Source of the DNA: Nitrospiraceae bacterium
Lineage (GTDB): Bacteria; Nitrospirota; Nitrospiria; Nitrospirales; Nitrospiraceae
NCBI GenBank assembly: GCA_050246315.1
Contig: JBFWWG010000010.1
Coordinates: forward strand, 1-64,000
DNA: 64,000 nucleotides
Direction of reading: 5' to 3'
In this document: piece by piece, positions 31,801 through 41,150 of the stretch
How positions within the stretch are numbered: the first letter of the stretch is position 1
How the letters are laid out: each line of letters opens with the position of its first letter
Position numbers and translations under genes: made by a program
Notes under the pieces: model-generated
What the model saw: only the letters and a program-made list of their open reading frames with translations
Databases searched by the model: none
Told to the model about the DNA's origin: nothing

Positions 31801-32598
31801 TTATTTTGAAGAAGAGCGCGATGGCTCCTTCGCTGGCTGAGCTGCGGCCGGCTGGGACGGATTGCCGGGAGAAACGTTTCCACCTGAAGATTTTTTCACG
31901 TCTAGCACCTTCAGCCTGACACCGGCTTCGCCGGCCAACGGAGAATCCGGATAGGACTTCATCAGTTCTTGATAATGAGCCAACGCGCCTTCTGGTCTCG
32001 ACTGTGCTTCTTCTAGTTTTCCCAATTCAAACAAGGCATGGTCCCGGTTCAGAGCTCCGGGAATCTCGATGATCGCGCTGAAGGCTTTGGCTGCCAACTC
32101 CCGATCGCCTTTCACGAGATGAGCATAAGCAAGCCGTTGGTGGACCAGTCCAGCCATCAGCGGATTGCTGGCATAGGCCACGAGGGCCTTTTGATAGACC
32201 TCAATGGCGGCTGGGAGGTCATTCTGTTGGCTCAACAGGTTGCCGAGGTTGTAGAGCCCTATGGCGGCAAACGGCGTGCGCGGGTAAGTCTCGACAAGCT
32301 GTCGGTAGAGCGCAATGGCCTGCTTCACATTGTCGCCAGTTTCCTTCGACGTGTCCGATACACGCGCGAGGGACAGGCTGGTTGCCCGTTGCAGCAAATG
32401 GGACGCGGCTTCCGTGCGCTGGCCGTCATACCACAAAATCCCCCAGATAATCCCGGCCGCCGCAACGATCACGCCGACGCCTGTCAACACCGCACGCCGA
32501 TTATCCTCCAGAACGTTCAATAGACGATCCCCCCAGGTTCCGAGGTGGGCTTCATCGAGCGGGATAGATTTCGGCGGGACCTTGATTCGATACGACAT
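31801..32598 (-). CDS. Membrane-anchored TPR protein (YfgM-like)
   Basis: Single N-terminal TM segment followed by TPR helices. Confidence 0.75.
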   Translation of the reverse strand: MSYRIKVPPKSIPLDEAHLGTWGDRLLNVLEDNRRAVLTGVGVIVAAAGIIWGILWYDGQRTEAASHLLQRATSLSLARVSDTSKETGDNVKQAIALYRQLVETYPRTPFAAIGLYNLGNLLSQQNDLPAAIEVYQKALVAYASNPLMAGLVHQRLAYAHLVKGDRELAAKAFSAIIEIPGALNRDHALFELGKLEEAQSRPEGALAHYQELMKSYPDSPLAGEAGVRLKVLDVKKSSGGNVSPGNPSQPAAAQPAKEPSRSSSK

Positions 32599-32661
32599 CG
32601 GGAGACATCCTCCGATACAAGCCGATCAACCGCACCAGCCGTCGGCGACCATAAACGGTTG

Positions 32662-32690
32662 CTTATACTAAGGTTCCAACAAGTTGTCAA
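32662..32690 (-). promoter_or_regulatory. Sigma70-like promoter for the YfgM-like gene
   Basis: Minus strand TTGACA-N17-TATAAG. Confidence 0.6.
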
Positions 32691-32829
32691 CGAACCGAGA
32701 GGCGGGGAGACCGCACACGTGGCTGTTCGCCGCTTCCATTTTGCATAGACTCCATGCTTGTATAGGCTCCATGCGCTTCCTGCCGTTGGTCTGCCTAACG
32801 CCCATCACTGCCAAATTGGCAGGGTTGCC

Positions 32830-34008
32830 GTGAGCGCGCTCGATCCCCTCTTCGAGCCAGACTTGTTCCGACTTGGCGCAAAGCACTTACTCAGGCAGTG
32901 CCACGTCATCGAGTCCGCCTGTGCGCCCGAAGTCGTATATCAAGGACGCCCCCTCATCCTCATGGCGTCCAATGACTACCTCGGCCTGGCCAACCATCCT
33001 GCTGTCAAGGAGGCAGCGGCTCAGGCTATTCGGCACTATGGGGTTGGTGCCGGAGCCGCACGCCTGATATCGGGAACACAATCGCCGCACTATGACTTGG
33101 AATCCGCCTTGGCAAAATGGAAGGACGCTGAGGCTGCACTTTGTTTCAGTTCCGGCTATTTAGCGAACCTCGGCCTTATTTCAAGTCTGGCCGGTCCCCA
33201 AGACCTCATCCTGGCCGACCGCCTCTGTCACGCAAGCCTGATCGACGGCTGCCGCCTTGCCCGCTCACGGCTGCGCGTGTTCCACCACGCCGATATCGGC
33301 CATCTGGAACAGCTGCTCAAGAAGCGCCCCACCGTTCGCCGGACGCTCATCGTCACTGATGGCCTGTTCAGCATGGATGGAGATCTAGCGCCCCTCTCGG
33401 ATCTAGCCCGACTCGCCAATCAGTATGACTGTCTTCTAATCGTGGACGATGCGCACGGCACCGGCGTGATGGGCGCGCATGGGCGAGGGTCATTGGAAGC
33501 CTGCGGTGTCGAGGAAACCGTTCCCTTTCACATGGGAACCCTTGGGAAGGCACTCGGAACAAGCGGCGCCTACATCGTCGGCTCCGAAACCTTCGTCCGA
33601 TTTCTTCTGAATCGCGCTCGGACCTTCCTGTTCACCACGGCCCCTCCCGCCGCCATGGCGGCGGCCACGACCGCCGCACTCAAGGTGCTCCAACAAGAGC
33701 CAACCCGTCGCGACCGATTATGGGCGAATCGCGACAGGCTGTTCGAAGGTCTCACCAGATTGGGCCTCTCTCTGACGCCCACCGCCAGTCCAATACTTCC
33801 GGTTATCGTCGGGGATGAAGCACGCGCGCTGGAGATGGCCCAGGCCCTGCTGGACCGGGGGATTTATGCGCCGGCTGTCCGCCCCCCGACCGTTCCTCAG
33901 GGTAGCAGCCGAATCAGACTGACGGTGACAGCCGACCACACCCGGGAGCATCTGGACCGTGTGCTGCACGCGTTTCAAAACATTCTCCTATCGCATCCGC
34001 TGCCGTAG
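32830..34008 (+). CDS. bioF: 8-amino-7-oxononanoate synthase
   Basis: SNDYLGLA, SGYLAN, HASLIDG, DGLFSMDGD, VDDAHG, GTLGKALG. Confidence 0.93.
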   Translation: MSALDPLFEPDLFRLGAKHLLRQCHVIESACAPEVVYQGRPLILMASNDYLGLANHPAVKEAAAQAIRHYGVGAGAARLISGTQSPHYDLESALAKWKDAEAALCFSSGYLANLGLISSLAGPQDLILADRLCHASLIDGCRLARSRLRVFHHADIGHLEQLLKKRPTVRRTLIVTDGLFSMDGDLAPLSDLARLANQYDCLLIVDDAHGTGVMGAHGRGSLEACGVEETVPFHMGTLGKALGTSGAYIVGSETFVRFLLNRARTFLFTTAPPAAMAAATTAALKVLQQEPTRRDRLWANRDRLFEGLTRLGLSLTPTASPILPVIVGDEARALEMAQALLDRGIYAPAVRPPTVPQGSSRIRLTVTADHTREHLDRVLHAFQNILLSHPLP

Positions 34009-34214
34009 CCCACAGTTTTCATGAACGCTTCCGTTGCAGTCGCGGTCAGTAAGGCAAGACTCGCTTGAGGTGTCTACTCTCGCGCAACATCAATTAACTG
34101 GCGCTCGACCTCGCAAGCGCTTGGGACGGCGAGTTCGGCCGCGGTAGTCACACGGCCAGACTCGCCACCCGGTCGGTCAACAGACCGGTTCAAGTCTGCC
34201 TTGTATCATCATCT

Positions 34215-34380
34215 TGGAGCATATAGATGCTTGCCGATTCTTCGATAGGACGTGATAGATCGATCTGCCTCGGGTCGTCCAAGACCGGAAGGGAGCCCGA
34301 TCGTCACGTCCTCATCCACCCAAGCCCGAACAGTTGTCTGAGCCCCGAGCCCGTATCTATCGCAAGGTTGGGCGTCCCAT
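34215..34380 (+). ncRNA. Predicted IS110 bridge RNA
   Basis: 5' hairpin AGCAT/ATGCT; large stem AGGACGTGA/TCACGTCCT enclosing an internal loop whose segments match the insertion site; second stem-loop CCCAA..CC/GGTTGGG containing ACAGTTG, similar to the right-end donor. Confidence 0.7.
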
Positions 34381-34394
34381 CTCAAGGAGGACCG

Positions 34395-35345
34395 ATGCCA
34401 GACATGCCGATCTTTGTCGAATATTGATGTTTCCAAGACGCAGTTGGACCTGGCCGTGCGCCCCTCGGACGCGCGGGACACGCTAGTCCATGAGCGGTGG
34501 GGATTGACACGGTGGTCACCCATTTCAGTCAGGTCCCGCCGATCTTGATGGTACTGGCAGCCACGGGTGGGCTGGAGCGACCCCTGGTACGGGCGCTGGT
34601 CGCAGCCAGGTTGCCGCTGATTGTCGCGAATCCGCGACAGGTCCGAGACTGTGCCAAAGCGACCGGGCAATTGGCCAAGATCCATCGCCTGGATGCCGGG
34701 GTGCTGGCACGCTTTGCCGAGGCCGGCCAGCCCGTGCGCCGGCCGTATCCCGAGGCCGCCACGGAGGCGTTGGCGGCGCTGCTGGCGCGCCGCCGCCAGG
34801 TGATCGAGATGCTCACCACCGAAAAGAACCGGCTGAGTCCTGCCCCCAAGCCGATGCGCCGCTGGATCCACGCGCCTGTGCCCTGGCTCACGACCAAGCT
34901 GGCGCTGCTCGATGAGGAGCTTGATCATGCCATCCAGCAGCGCCCAGTTTGGCGAGAGCAGGAGGATTTGCTGTGGAGTGCCCCCGGGATTGGTCCCGTG
35001 GTGAGCCGGACCTTGCTGACTCACCTGCCTGGCCTGGCGACCCTGACCGGCAAGCCGATGGCCGCCCTGGTGGCCGTGGCTACCTTGACTTGCGATAGCG
35101 GCACCTTGCGAGGTCCGCGCCGGGTGTGGGGTGGCCGGGCTCCCGTCCGGGCAGCCCTGTATAGGGCCACCTTGGTGGCGACGAAGTGTACTTCCGGTGA
35201 TTCGCAATTTCTATCGCAGGCTGCGGGCCACCGACAAGGCGCCCAAAGTGGCCCTCGTGGCGTGCATGCGAAAGTTCCTGAGATTCTCAACGCGATGATG
35301 AAGCATTGTACGCCGTGGCGCTCCGTGGTGCCTCAGGGGACTTGA
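34395..35345 (+). pseudogene. IS110 DEDD recombinase/transposase pseudogene
   Basis: AGGAGG RBS; MPDMPIFV then a frameshift to IDVSKTQLDLA; LAATGGLE (E>A), NPRQVR, AKIHRLDA (TD>IH), PGIGP, DSG, GGRAPVRAALY; further frameshifts near 35190 and 35280. Confidence 0.88.
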
Positions 35346-35673
35346 CATTCAAGGCAGTGGCTCCCTCCTCGCGGCTCCGCGGCGGTACCCATTGCTCTTT
35401 CGATGCCATGGGTTCAGCGCGACGAACCGTCATGAATATTGTGGGCTAGTCATTTTCAGTAAATCCGCGCTTTCCGTCCTCCTGCCCACTACAGCCTCGC
35501 AGTCCGTGGGCTTTGCCGTTCGTAAACCTTTGCATCTTGGTGCGATTTTCTTGCGTTCCGACCTCACTATGGCATGATGCGACCAGCCGGAAACGACGCC
35601 TTTCTTTCGACATGCGAGGCCGGACCGGCATCATCTATACCTAATCCGCATTTTTCCAGGGGGGCGACGCGCA

Positions 35674-36720
35674 ATGGATATTTCCCAACTGCTCAGTTTC
35701 GGCGTGAAGGAGGGCGCATCGGACTGCCATCTCAGCGCGGGCGAACCGCCAATGCTGCGGCTCCACGGCGACATGAAAAAAGTGGACATGCCTCCCATGA
35801 CACAGGAGCAGGTCCATTCACTTGTCTACGACATCATGAGCGACGCCCAAAGAAAGAACTTTGAAGAGAATCTGGAATGTGATTTCTCTTTCGCGCTAGG
35901 TGATATCTCCCGATTCCGCGTGAATGTGTTTCTTCAGAACCGTGGATTAGCGGCGGTGTTTCGAACCATTCCGACGGAGATACTTCCACTGGAGAAATTA
36001 GGGATGCCCCCGATCGTCCGCCAGCTCTGCGACCGTGAAAAGGGCCTCATTCTCGTGACCGGACCAACTGGATCGGGCAAGTCCACCACGCTGGCCGGGA
36101 TGATCGACTATCTGAATAATTTGTACGAAGGGCACGTCATTACCATCGAAGATCCGATCGAGTTTGTGCACAAGTCGAAGAAATGTCTCGTCAACCAGCG
36201 AGAACTCGGCGTGCACACCAAGTCCTTTGCCAACGCGCTCCGATCCGCACTGCGGGAAGATCCTGATATCGTCCTGGTCGGTGAAATGCGAGATCTCGAA
36301 ACCATTCAATTGGCGCTCACCGCGGCGGAAACAGGCCACCTGGTCTTCGCCACCCTGCATACGTCCAGTGCGCCAAAGACGGTGGATCGGATCATCGACG
36401 CCTTTCCGCCCAATCAGCAGGCACAGGTACGAACCCAGCTTGCCGAAGCCCTCGAGGCGGTGCTGACGCAGACCCTGGTCAAGAAGAAGGCAGGAGGACG
36501 CGCCGCCGCCGTGGAGATTTTGGTCGCCACCACCGCCATCCGCAATCTCATCCGAGAGCAGAAGCTCCACCAAATCCCCGGCCTGATGCAGGCCAGTCAG
36601 AAGGAAGGGATGCAGACCATGGACATGGCACTGCTCGATCTGGCCACGCGGGGCATGATTACCAAAGCTGAGGCCCAATCGCGCAGCATGAACCCGAATC
36701 TATTCGCCAACGCCGTGTAG
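35674..36720 (+). CDS. pilT: Type IV pilus retraction ATPase
   Basis: GPTGSGKSTT, TIEDPIE, LREDPDIVLVGEMRD, AIRNLIRE. Confidence 0.96.
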   Translation: MDISQLLSFGVKEGASDCHLSAGEPPMLRLHGDMKKVDMPPMTQEQVHSLVYDIMSDAQRKNFEENLECDFSFALGDISRFRVNVFLQNRGLAAVFRTIPTEILPLEKLGMPPIVRQLCDREKGLILVTGPTGSGKSTTLAGMIDYLNNLYEGHVITIEDPIEFVHKSKKCLVNQRELGVHTKSFANALRSALREDPDIVLVGEMRDLETIQLALTAAETGHLVFATLHTSSAPKTVDRIIDAFPPNQQAQVRTQLAEALEAVLTQTLVKKKAGGRAAAVEILVATTAIRNLIREQKLHQIPGLMQASQKEGMQTMDMALLDLATRGMITKAEAQSRSMNPNLFANAV

Positions 36721-36778
36721 ACCATCGACTATCGGGCACGTCGCTTCGAAGACAGCCCTACCTCAGACGGAGAGAGTC

Positions 36779-37954
36779 ATGGAAATTCGCGAGTTGCTCA
36801 AGATCATGGTCGACCGGGAAGGATCGGATCTGTACCTCACCGTAGATGCACCGCCCATCTACCGCATCCATGGCATAACACACCCCACGGCGGACCCGCC
36901 CTTCACCAACGAACAACTGGAGGCCCTCTCGCTGGCGTTGATGCGAGGACCGCAGCGGAGCGAGTTCGAAGAAAAGATGGAGATGAATCTGGCCTTGTAC
37001 TACAAAGACCTGGGTCGGTTTCGCGTGAACGTCTTTCGCCAGCGGGGCAACGTCGGCCTCGTGTTCCGACACATCAAAGCCGAGATTCAGAGTGTGGAAC
37101 AGCTCGGACTGCCTCCGATCATCAAGGACCTCGCCATGACCAAGCGCGGTCTCATCCTCGTAGTCGGTGCCACGGGGTCCGGGAAATCGACCACCTTGGC
37201 GGCCATGATCGACCACCGCAACGCGGTTTCGCCCGGACACATCATCTCGGTCGAGGATCCGATCGAATTCGTGCATCCACACAAGAAATGCCTTATCACG
37301 CAACGTGAAGTCGGCTTCGACACTCTGTCTTTCCACAACGCGCTCAAGAACACCCTGCGACAGGCGCCCGATGTGATCCTCATCGGCGAGATCCGGGACA
37401 CGGAAACCATGGAGGCGGCCATCACATTCGCGGAAACCGGCCATCTCTGCCTGGGGACACTCCACTCCAACAACGCCAACCAGGCTATCGAGCGCATCAT
37501 GAATTTCTTTCCGGTCGAGCGGCATCAGCAGATCTACCTGCAATTGTCACTGAATCTGCGCGCCATTCTATCCCAACGACTCGTCCCCTCCTTGGACGGA
37601 CGGCGGGCGCCAGCGATCGAAATCTTGCTGGATACTCCTCGCATCAAGGACCTGATCAAGAAGTCCGAGATCGACACGCTAAAGGAAGCGATGGAACAGG
37701 GCGTCGAGGAAGGATGTCAGACTTTCGACTACGTCTTATTTACTCTGTACAAGGAAGGAAAGATCAGCCTGGAGCAGGCCTTGATCAACGCCGACAGCGC
37801 AAACAACCTCCGCCTCAAGATCAAGCTGGAGGGTGTACGGACGGGCGATGAACAGCTGTCGAAACTATTGGAAGCAGACCATAAGGACAAGAGCCGCGAC
37901 CGAAAACCGACCTTCCAAATTGTCGGCAACGACCCGACCCTCCGGAGGAAGTAA
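36779..37954 (+). CDS. pilU: PilU-type twitching motility ATPase
   Basis: GATGSGKSTT, LRQAPDVILIGEIRD, TLHSNNANQ; tandem with pilT. Confidence 0.93.
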   Translation: MEIRELLKIMVDREGSDLYLTVDAPPIYRIHGITHPTADPPFTNEQLEALSLALMRGPQRSEFEEKMEMNLALYYKDLGRFRVNVFRQRGNVGLVFRHIKAEIQSVEQLGLPPIIKDLAMTKRGLILVVGATGSGKSTTLAAMIDHRNAVSPGHIISVEDPIEFVHPHKKCLITQREVGFDTLSFHNALKNTLRQAPDVILIGEIRDTETMEAAITFAETGHLCLGTLHSNNANQAIERIMNFFPVERHQQIYLQLSLNLRAILSQRLVPSLDGRRAPAIEILLDTPRIKDLIKKSEIDTLKEAMEQGVEEGCQTFDYVLFTLYKEGKISLEQALINADSANNLRLKIKLEGVRTGDEQLSKLLEADHKDKSRDRKPTFQIVGNDPTLRRK

Positions 37955-37976
37955 CGCCGCGGATCGGATCGGCCGC

Positions 37977-38537
37977 TCAAGGCATAGCAGCGGATGAATC
38001 CGTCAATTGCTCCAGGTACGCGGCCATCTGATCGAGCGCTTCCGCACTTAACTTCTGTCCATACCAACGCGGCATGGCATGGGTCGGATACCCCGGCACG
38101 ATGTACACGCCGGGATTCAGTATGGACTCCACAATATACTCCCGCACCGTTTGTGCCGTTCCCTTGTACTTGGGATCGGTCAACCGCTGGGGTCCCGTCG
38201 TTCCAAGCCTGAGAGCCGGACCTTCACGCCCCTGCGCTCCATCGATGCCAGGGATCGTGTGACAGACCGGACAACCCGCCTTGATAAACATGACCTGCAG
38301 CGGCTCATTGCCGCTGACCAGCGGCACCATCTCCTGTGTCAACTGCGGCCCAGTGATGCCTCCGCCATTCGGCGGTTCCGAAACCGTCGGGGTCCGGTTG
38401 ATCGTGTACAAAGCAAACAACAGGACGGCCCCGACGACCCAGGCCGTGATGCTTCGCTCCCGTCGTCGGTTAGCGGTCTTCCTGCTGTCGGATGTGGCGT
38501 CCCTGTCTGACGACGATGTCGGTGGTGAATCTGACAA
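37977..38537 (-). CDS. Membrane-anchored monoheme c-type cytochrome
   Basis: TM segment; CPVCH heme motif; YIVESILNPG...MP distal Met. Confidence 0.85.
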   Translation of the reverse strand: MSDSPPTSSSDRDATSDSRKTANRRRERSITAWVVGAVLLFALYTINRTPTVSEPPNGGGITGPQLTQEMVPLVSGNEPLQVMFIKAGCPVCHTIPGIDGAQGREGPALRLGTTGPQRLTDPKYKGTAQTVREYIVESILNPGVYIVPGYPTHAMPRWYGQKLSAEALDQMAAYLEQLTDSSAAMP

Positions 38538-38703
38538 AGCTCCTCCCGCCCCGGCTCTTCCATCTGATGTACGCTTTAAGGTCTCGGCTCGAATCCGGCC
38601 GACCGATTCGAGCTTATCGACCTCTCAGCCCTGCATCGGATGCGCGCCTCATGGGTGAGAGAGTCTACCACCAACGCCGAGGAGGCTCTCAGCCCGCTCC
38701 CAA

Positions 38704-39549
38704 TCATTGAGGAACGGTTGTCGCCGCACAGCGGAATCCGATCGTCCGATCCCTGAATTCCGGCTCTGCTGCCACCCGGGAGGTCACACGCAACGCCACC
38801 GGCAGATCCGCCCAAGACCCACCCCGAATGACTCGTTTCTCCCCCTCGCCCGGGCCAACGGGATTTTTCGCGGGACTCTTCGGGTAATACTCGCGATCAT
38901 ACCAGTCCGCCACCCATTCAGCCGCATTCCCAGACATGTGAGTCACTCCATACGGACTCTTTCCCCCTTCCTTGAGCCCATGGCGCACGCTCATGCCTTC
39001 GCCACCGCTCGTCACCGCCGCCAGCGTGATGGCTTCGCTGACCCACTGCCCGCGATTGTAATTGGCGATGTCAACGAAGGGCTGCATGTGGCCCCACGGA
39101 TACCGCCGACCGTCGGTGCCGCGCGCGGCCTTCTCCCACTCCGCTTCAGTCGGAAGCCGTTTCCCTGCCCACTTACAATAGGCCTCCGCGTCGCTCCAAC
39201 TGACCCCGACAGCCGGCCGGTCCCCTGCCGCGGTTACAGCTTCTTCATCCCAGGTCGGGGGAGCACGGCGCTTGGCCGCTTCTAGAAACGCGGCGTATTG
39301 GCCGATCGTCACTTCATACTGATCGATATAGAAGGCGTCCAGCGTTACCTGATGCTGGGGACGCTCATTGGGCAACCCGTCGTCGCTGCCCATGGTAAAG
39401 GGCCCCTCCGGAATTTGTATCATGGGGCCATCCTTGCTCTTAACCGGCTCGGCGCCGAACGATAGGCCTCCGACAAGGATCACCATTCCCATAGTCATCA
39501 CGCCCATAGTCATCACGCCCGCCCCTACACCCGCTCGTCGTCGGTTCAT
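38704..39549 (-). CDS. FGE/SUMF1-domain (formylglycine-generating enzyme-like) periplasmic protein
   Basis: FTMGS, YEVT, KRLPTEAEWEKAARG, GNAAEWVADW, RGGSW, GFRCA; signal peptide. Confidence 0.9.
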   Translation of the reverse strand: MNRRRAGVGAGVMTMGVMTMGMVILVGGLSFGAEPVKSKDGPMIQIPEGPFTMGSDDGLPNERPQHQVTLDAFYIDQYEVTIGQYAAFLEAAKRRAPPTWDEEAVTAAGDRPAVGVSWSDAEAYCKWAGKRLPTEAEWEKAARGTDGRRYPWGHMQPFVDIANYNRGQWVSEAITLAAVTSGGEGMSVRHGLKEGGKSPYGVTHMSGNAAEWVADWYDREYYPKSPAKNPVGPGEGEKRVIRGGSWADLPVALRVTSRVAAEPEFRDRTIGFRCAATTVPQ

Positions 39550-39736
39550 GAGTCCCCCCATCCAGAGATCAAGCGCCGCGTATTATCGGGATAATCGGTG
39601 GCAGTGTACCGTCGGCCTCACTCAAACTCAACGGCTGATTGCGGGAACCCAGACAGGGAAAAGCGCCAATCAGCGCCATGACCAGAACCTGCCTCTCGTG
39701 ACAATTGTTGAGATTCGACCTGGAGAGAGAAGAGGA

Positions 39737-39814
39737 TGGTGTCCCCAACGGGATTCGAACCCGTGTTGCCGGCTTGAAAGGCCGGCGTCCTAGGCCAGGC
39801 TAGACGATGGGGAC
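39737..39814 (-). tRNA. tRNA-Glu (TTC)
   Basis: GTCCCCA...CCGGC-CT-TTC-AA-GCCGG...GGTTCGAATCCC...TGGGGAC-ACCA cloverleaf with encoded CCA. Confidence 0.96.
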
Positions 39815-40023
39815 GCGCGAGAACGTAGAGGAATTGTGGAGCGATAGTACCGGATGCGCCAGAAGAGAGTCAATCATCGGCACGGAACCGGACGCGAACG
39901 ATCGCTCCTACTTCTGTGGCGCCAGAATCGGACGAGCTGCCGGGGTCTACCCTTGTACGATGTCTGCCGGTTCAGTATGCTCACCGACATTCACACGTCT
40001 CCACTTATGACGAGGCCTTGACC

Positions 40024-41034
40024 ATGATCCTATCCGTCCTACGTTCTCTCGCTTGCCCAGTCGGCACCCTATTATCTTGGTCGCTCTGCGTCGGCTCTGC
40101 CGAAGCCGGGCCATTGGTCTCAGAGCACATCGAAACCAGCAAACTGGCCACGGTCGGCGTGCTGCAACCAGGGGAGGATCTCACAAGTCCAGCCAGCAAG
40201 ACACATTTCACGATGCGGGGGACCGCCGTGCATCTTCGGGACGGATTCATCGTGACAGCGCGCCACGTCGTGGAGAAGGACGACAACGGGAGAAAGGTTG
40301 TTCCGCATCAGATCACCGTGATGACTGCCGAACTGGAGGAAACCGACGCCTCGTTGGTCGGTGGCAGTGCCTTTCTCGATTTAGCCGTCTTTCGCATCAA
40401 CGGCGACGTAGCCGCGCGCCTGCCACCCACGCGGTTCGCGGAGGGCGAGGCATCACCGGGCCAACCGGTCTACACGATCGGATACCCGCTCGGTTGGGGA
40501 CCGGCCATGGGATTCGGGCGAGTGGGCAATCCCAACACCTTTCTCCCAACCGCCGAAACCAGATTGCTCCAACTCGACCTCTCCGCCTGCAGCGGCAATT
40601 CAGGCGGAGGAGTGTTCAACGAACAAGGGGAACTCGTCGGCCTCATGCACGCCATCATTCAAACCGAAACCGTCCAAGGCGAGCAGCGTTGCAGTCGCTT
40701 CGGCTTTGCCGTCCCCGGTTCACTCGCGCACAAAATCGTAGCAGCGATCCTCAACGGCGAGCAGCCTCGGTTTTCACGTCTCGGCGTCGGGCTCACCCTG
40801 ATGCGAATGGAAGGCCGATGGCGTATCGCCGCCTCCGACGTGACAGGACCGGCCCGCGACGGAGGTATCCAAAAGGGCGATATCATTCTGGCCATCGACA
40901 ACACCGAACTGACGGACGGCGTGCAACTCAAGAACTATCTCATCGAACATACCGCCCCGGGGCAGCAGATCTCGGTGAAGGTCCTCCGGGGACAGACCGA
41001 ACAGGTGCTGAAAGTCACGCTGGGACAGTCATAG
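40024..41034 (+). CDS. Trypsin-like (S1C) serine protease with PDZ domain
   Basis: VTARHVV, DLAVF, GNSGGG catalytic triad; C-terminal PDZ. Confidence 0.88.
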   Translation: MILSVLRSLACPVGTLLSWSLCVGSAEAGPLVSEHIETSKLATVGVLQPGEDLTSPASKTHFTMRGTAVHLRDGFIVTARHVVEKDDNGRKVVPHQITVMTAELEETDASLVGGSAFLDLAVFRINGDVAARLPPTRFAEGEASPGQPVYTIGYPLGWGPAMGFGRVGNPNTFLPTAETRLLQLDLSACSGNSGGGVFNEQGELVGLMHAIIQTETVQGEQRCSRFGFAVPGSLAHKIVAAILNGEQPRFSRLGVGLTLMRMEGRWRIAASDVTGPARDGGIQKGDIILAIDNTELTDGVQLKNYLIEHTAPGQQISVKVLRGQTEQVLKVTLGQS

Positions 41035-41150
41035 CCCGGAAGCCTGCCAGCGGACATCGTGAAGCGCCGGTCGTGAATGGTATCTCATTGAGGCCGGCGG
41101 TTCGCTGACAAGAAGGCACAGCCGGCGCTCAATATCGATTCAACCTCCGG

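Larger units (their letters stand above)
34202..35362 (+). mobile_element. IS110-family insertion sequence (decayed)
   Basis: CT core at both ends (34200-34201, 35361-35362); non-coding left end; IS110 transposase remnant; right end TTGACATTCAAGGCAGTGG. Confidence 0.88.
34009..35445 (+). mobile_element. MITE-like element, copy 1 (about 276 bp net), interrupted by IS110
   Basis: Left TIR CCCACAGTTTTCATGAA (34009-34025) and right TIR GTCATGAATATTGTGGG (35429-35445), 14/17 complementary; flanks GTAG/CTAG; internal sequence homologous to 52649-52857. Confidence 0.75.

Noticed and set aside
32684..32691. TTGTCAAC as a BirA operator half-site upstream of bioF
   Set aside because: No matching second half-site. 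It is better explained as the -35 box of the divergent gene.
34209..35207. 332-aa minus-strand ORF across the IS110
   Set aside because: Antisense shadow of the GC-rich transposase with no recognisable motifs.
40053..41108. 351-aa Arg-rich alternative-frame ORF, and similar long overlapping ORFs such as 5015-5887, 41795-42532 and 44509-45369
   Set aside because: They overlap well-supported genes and have the composition typical of off-frame ORFs in GC-rich DNA.
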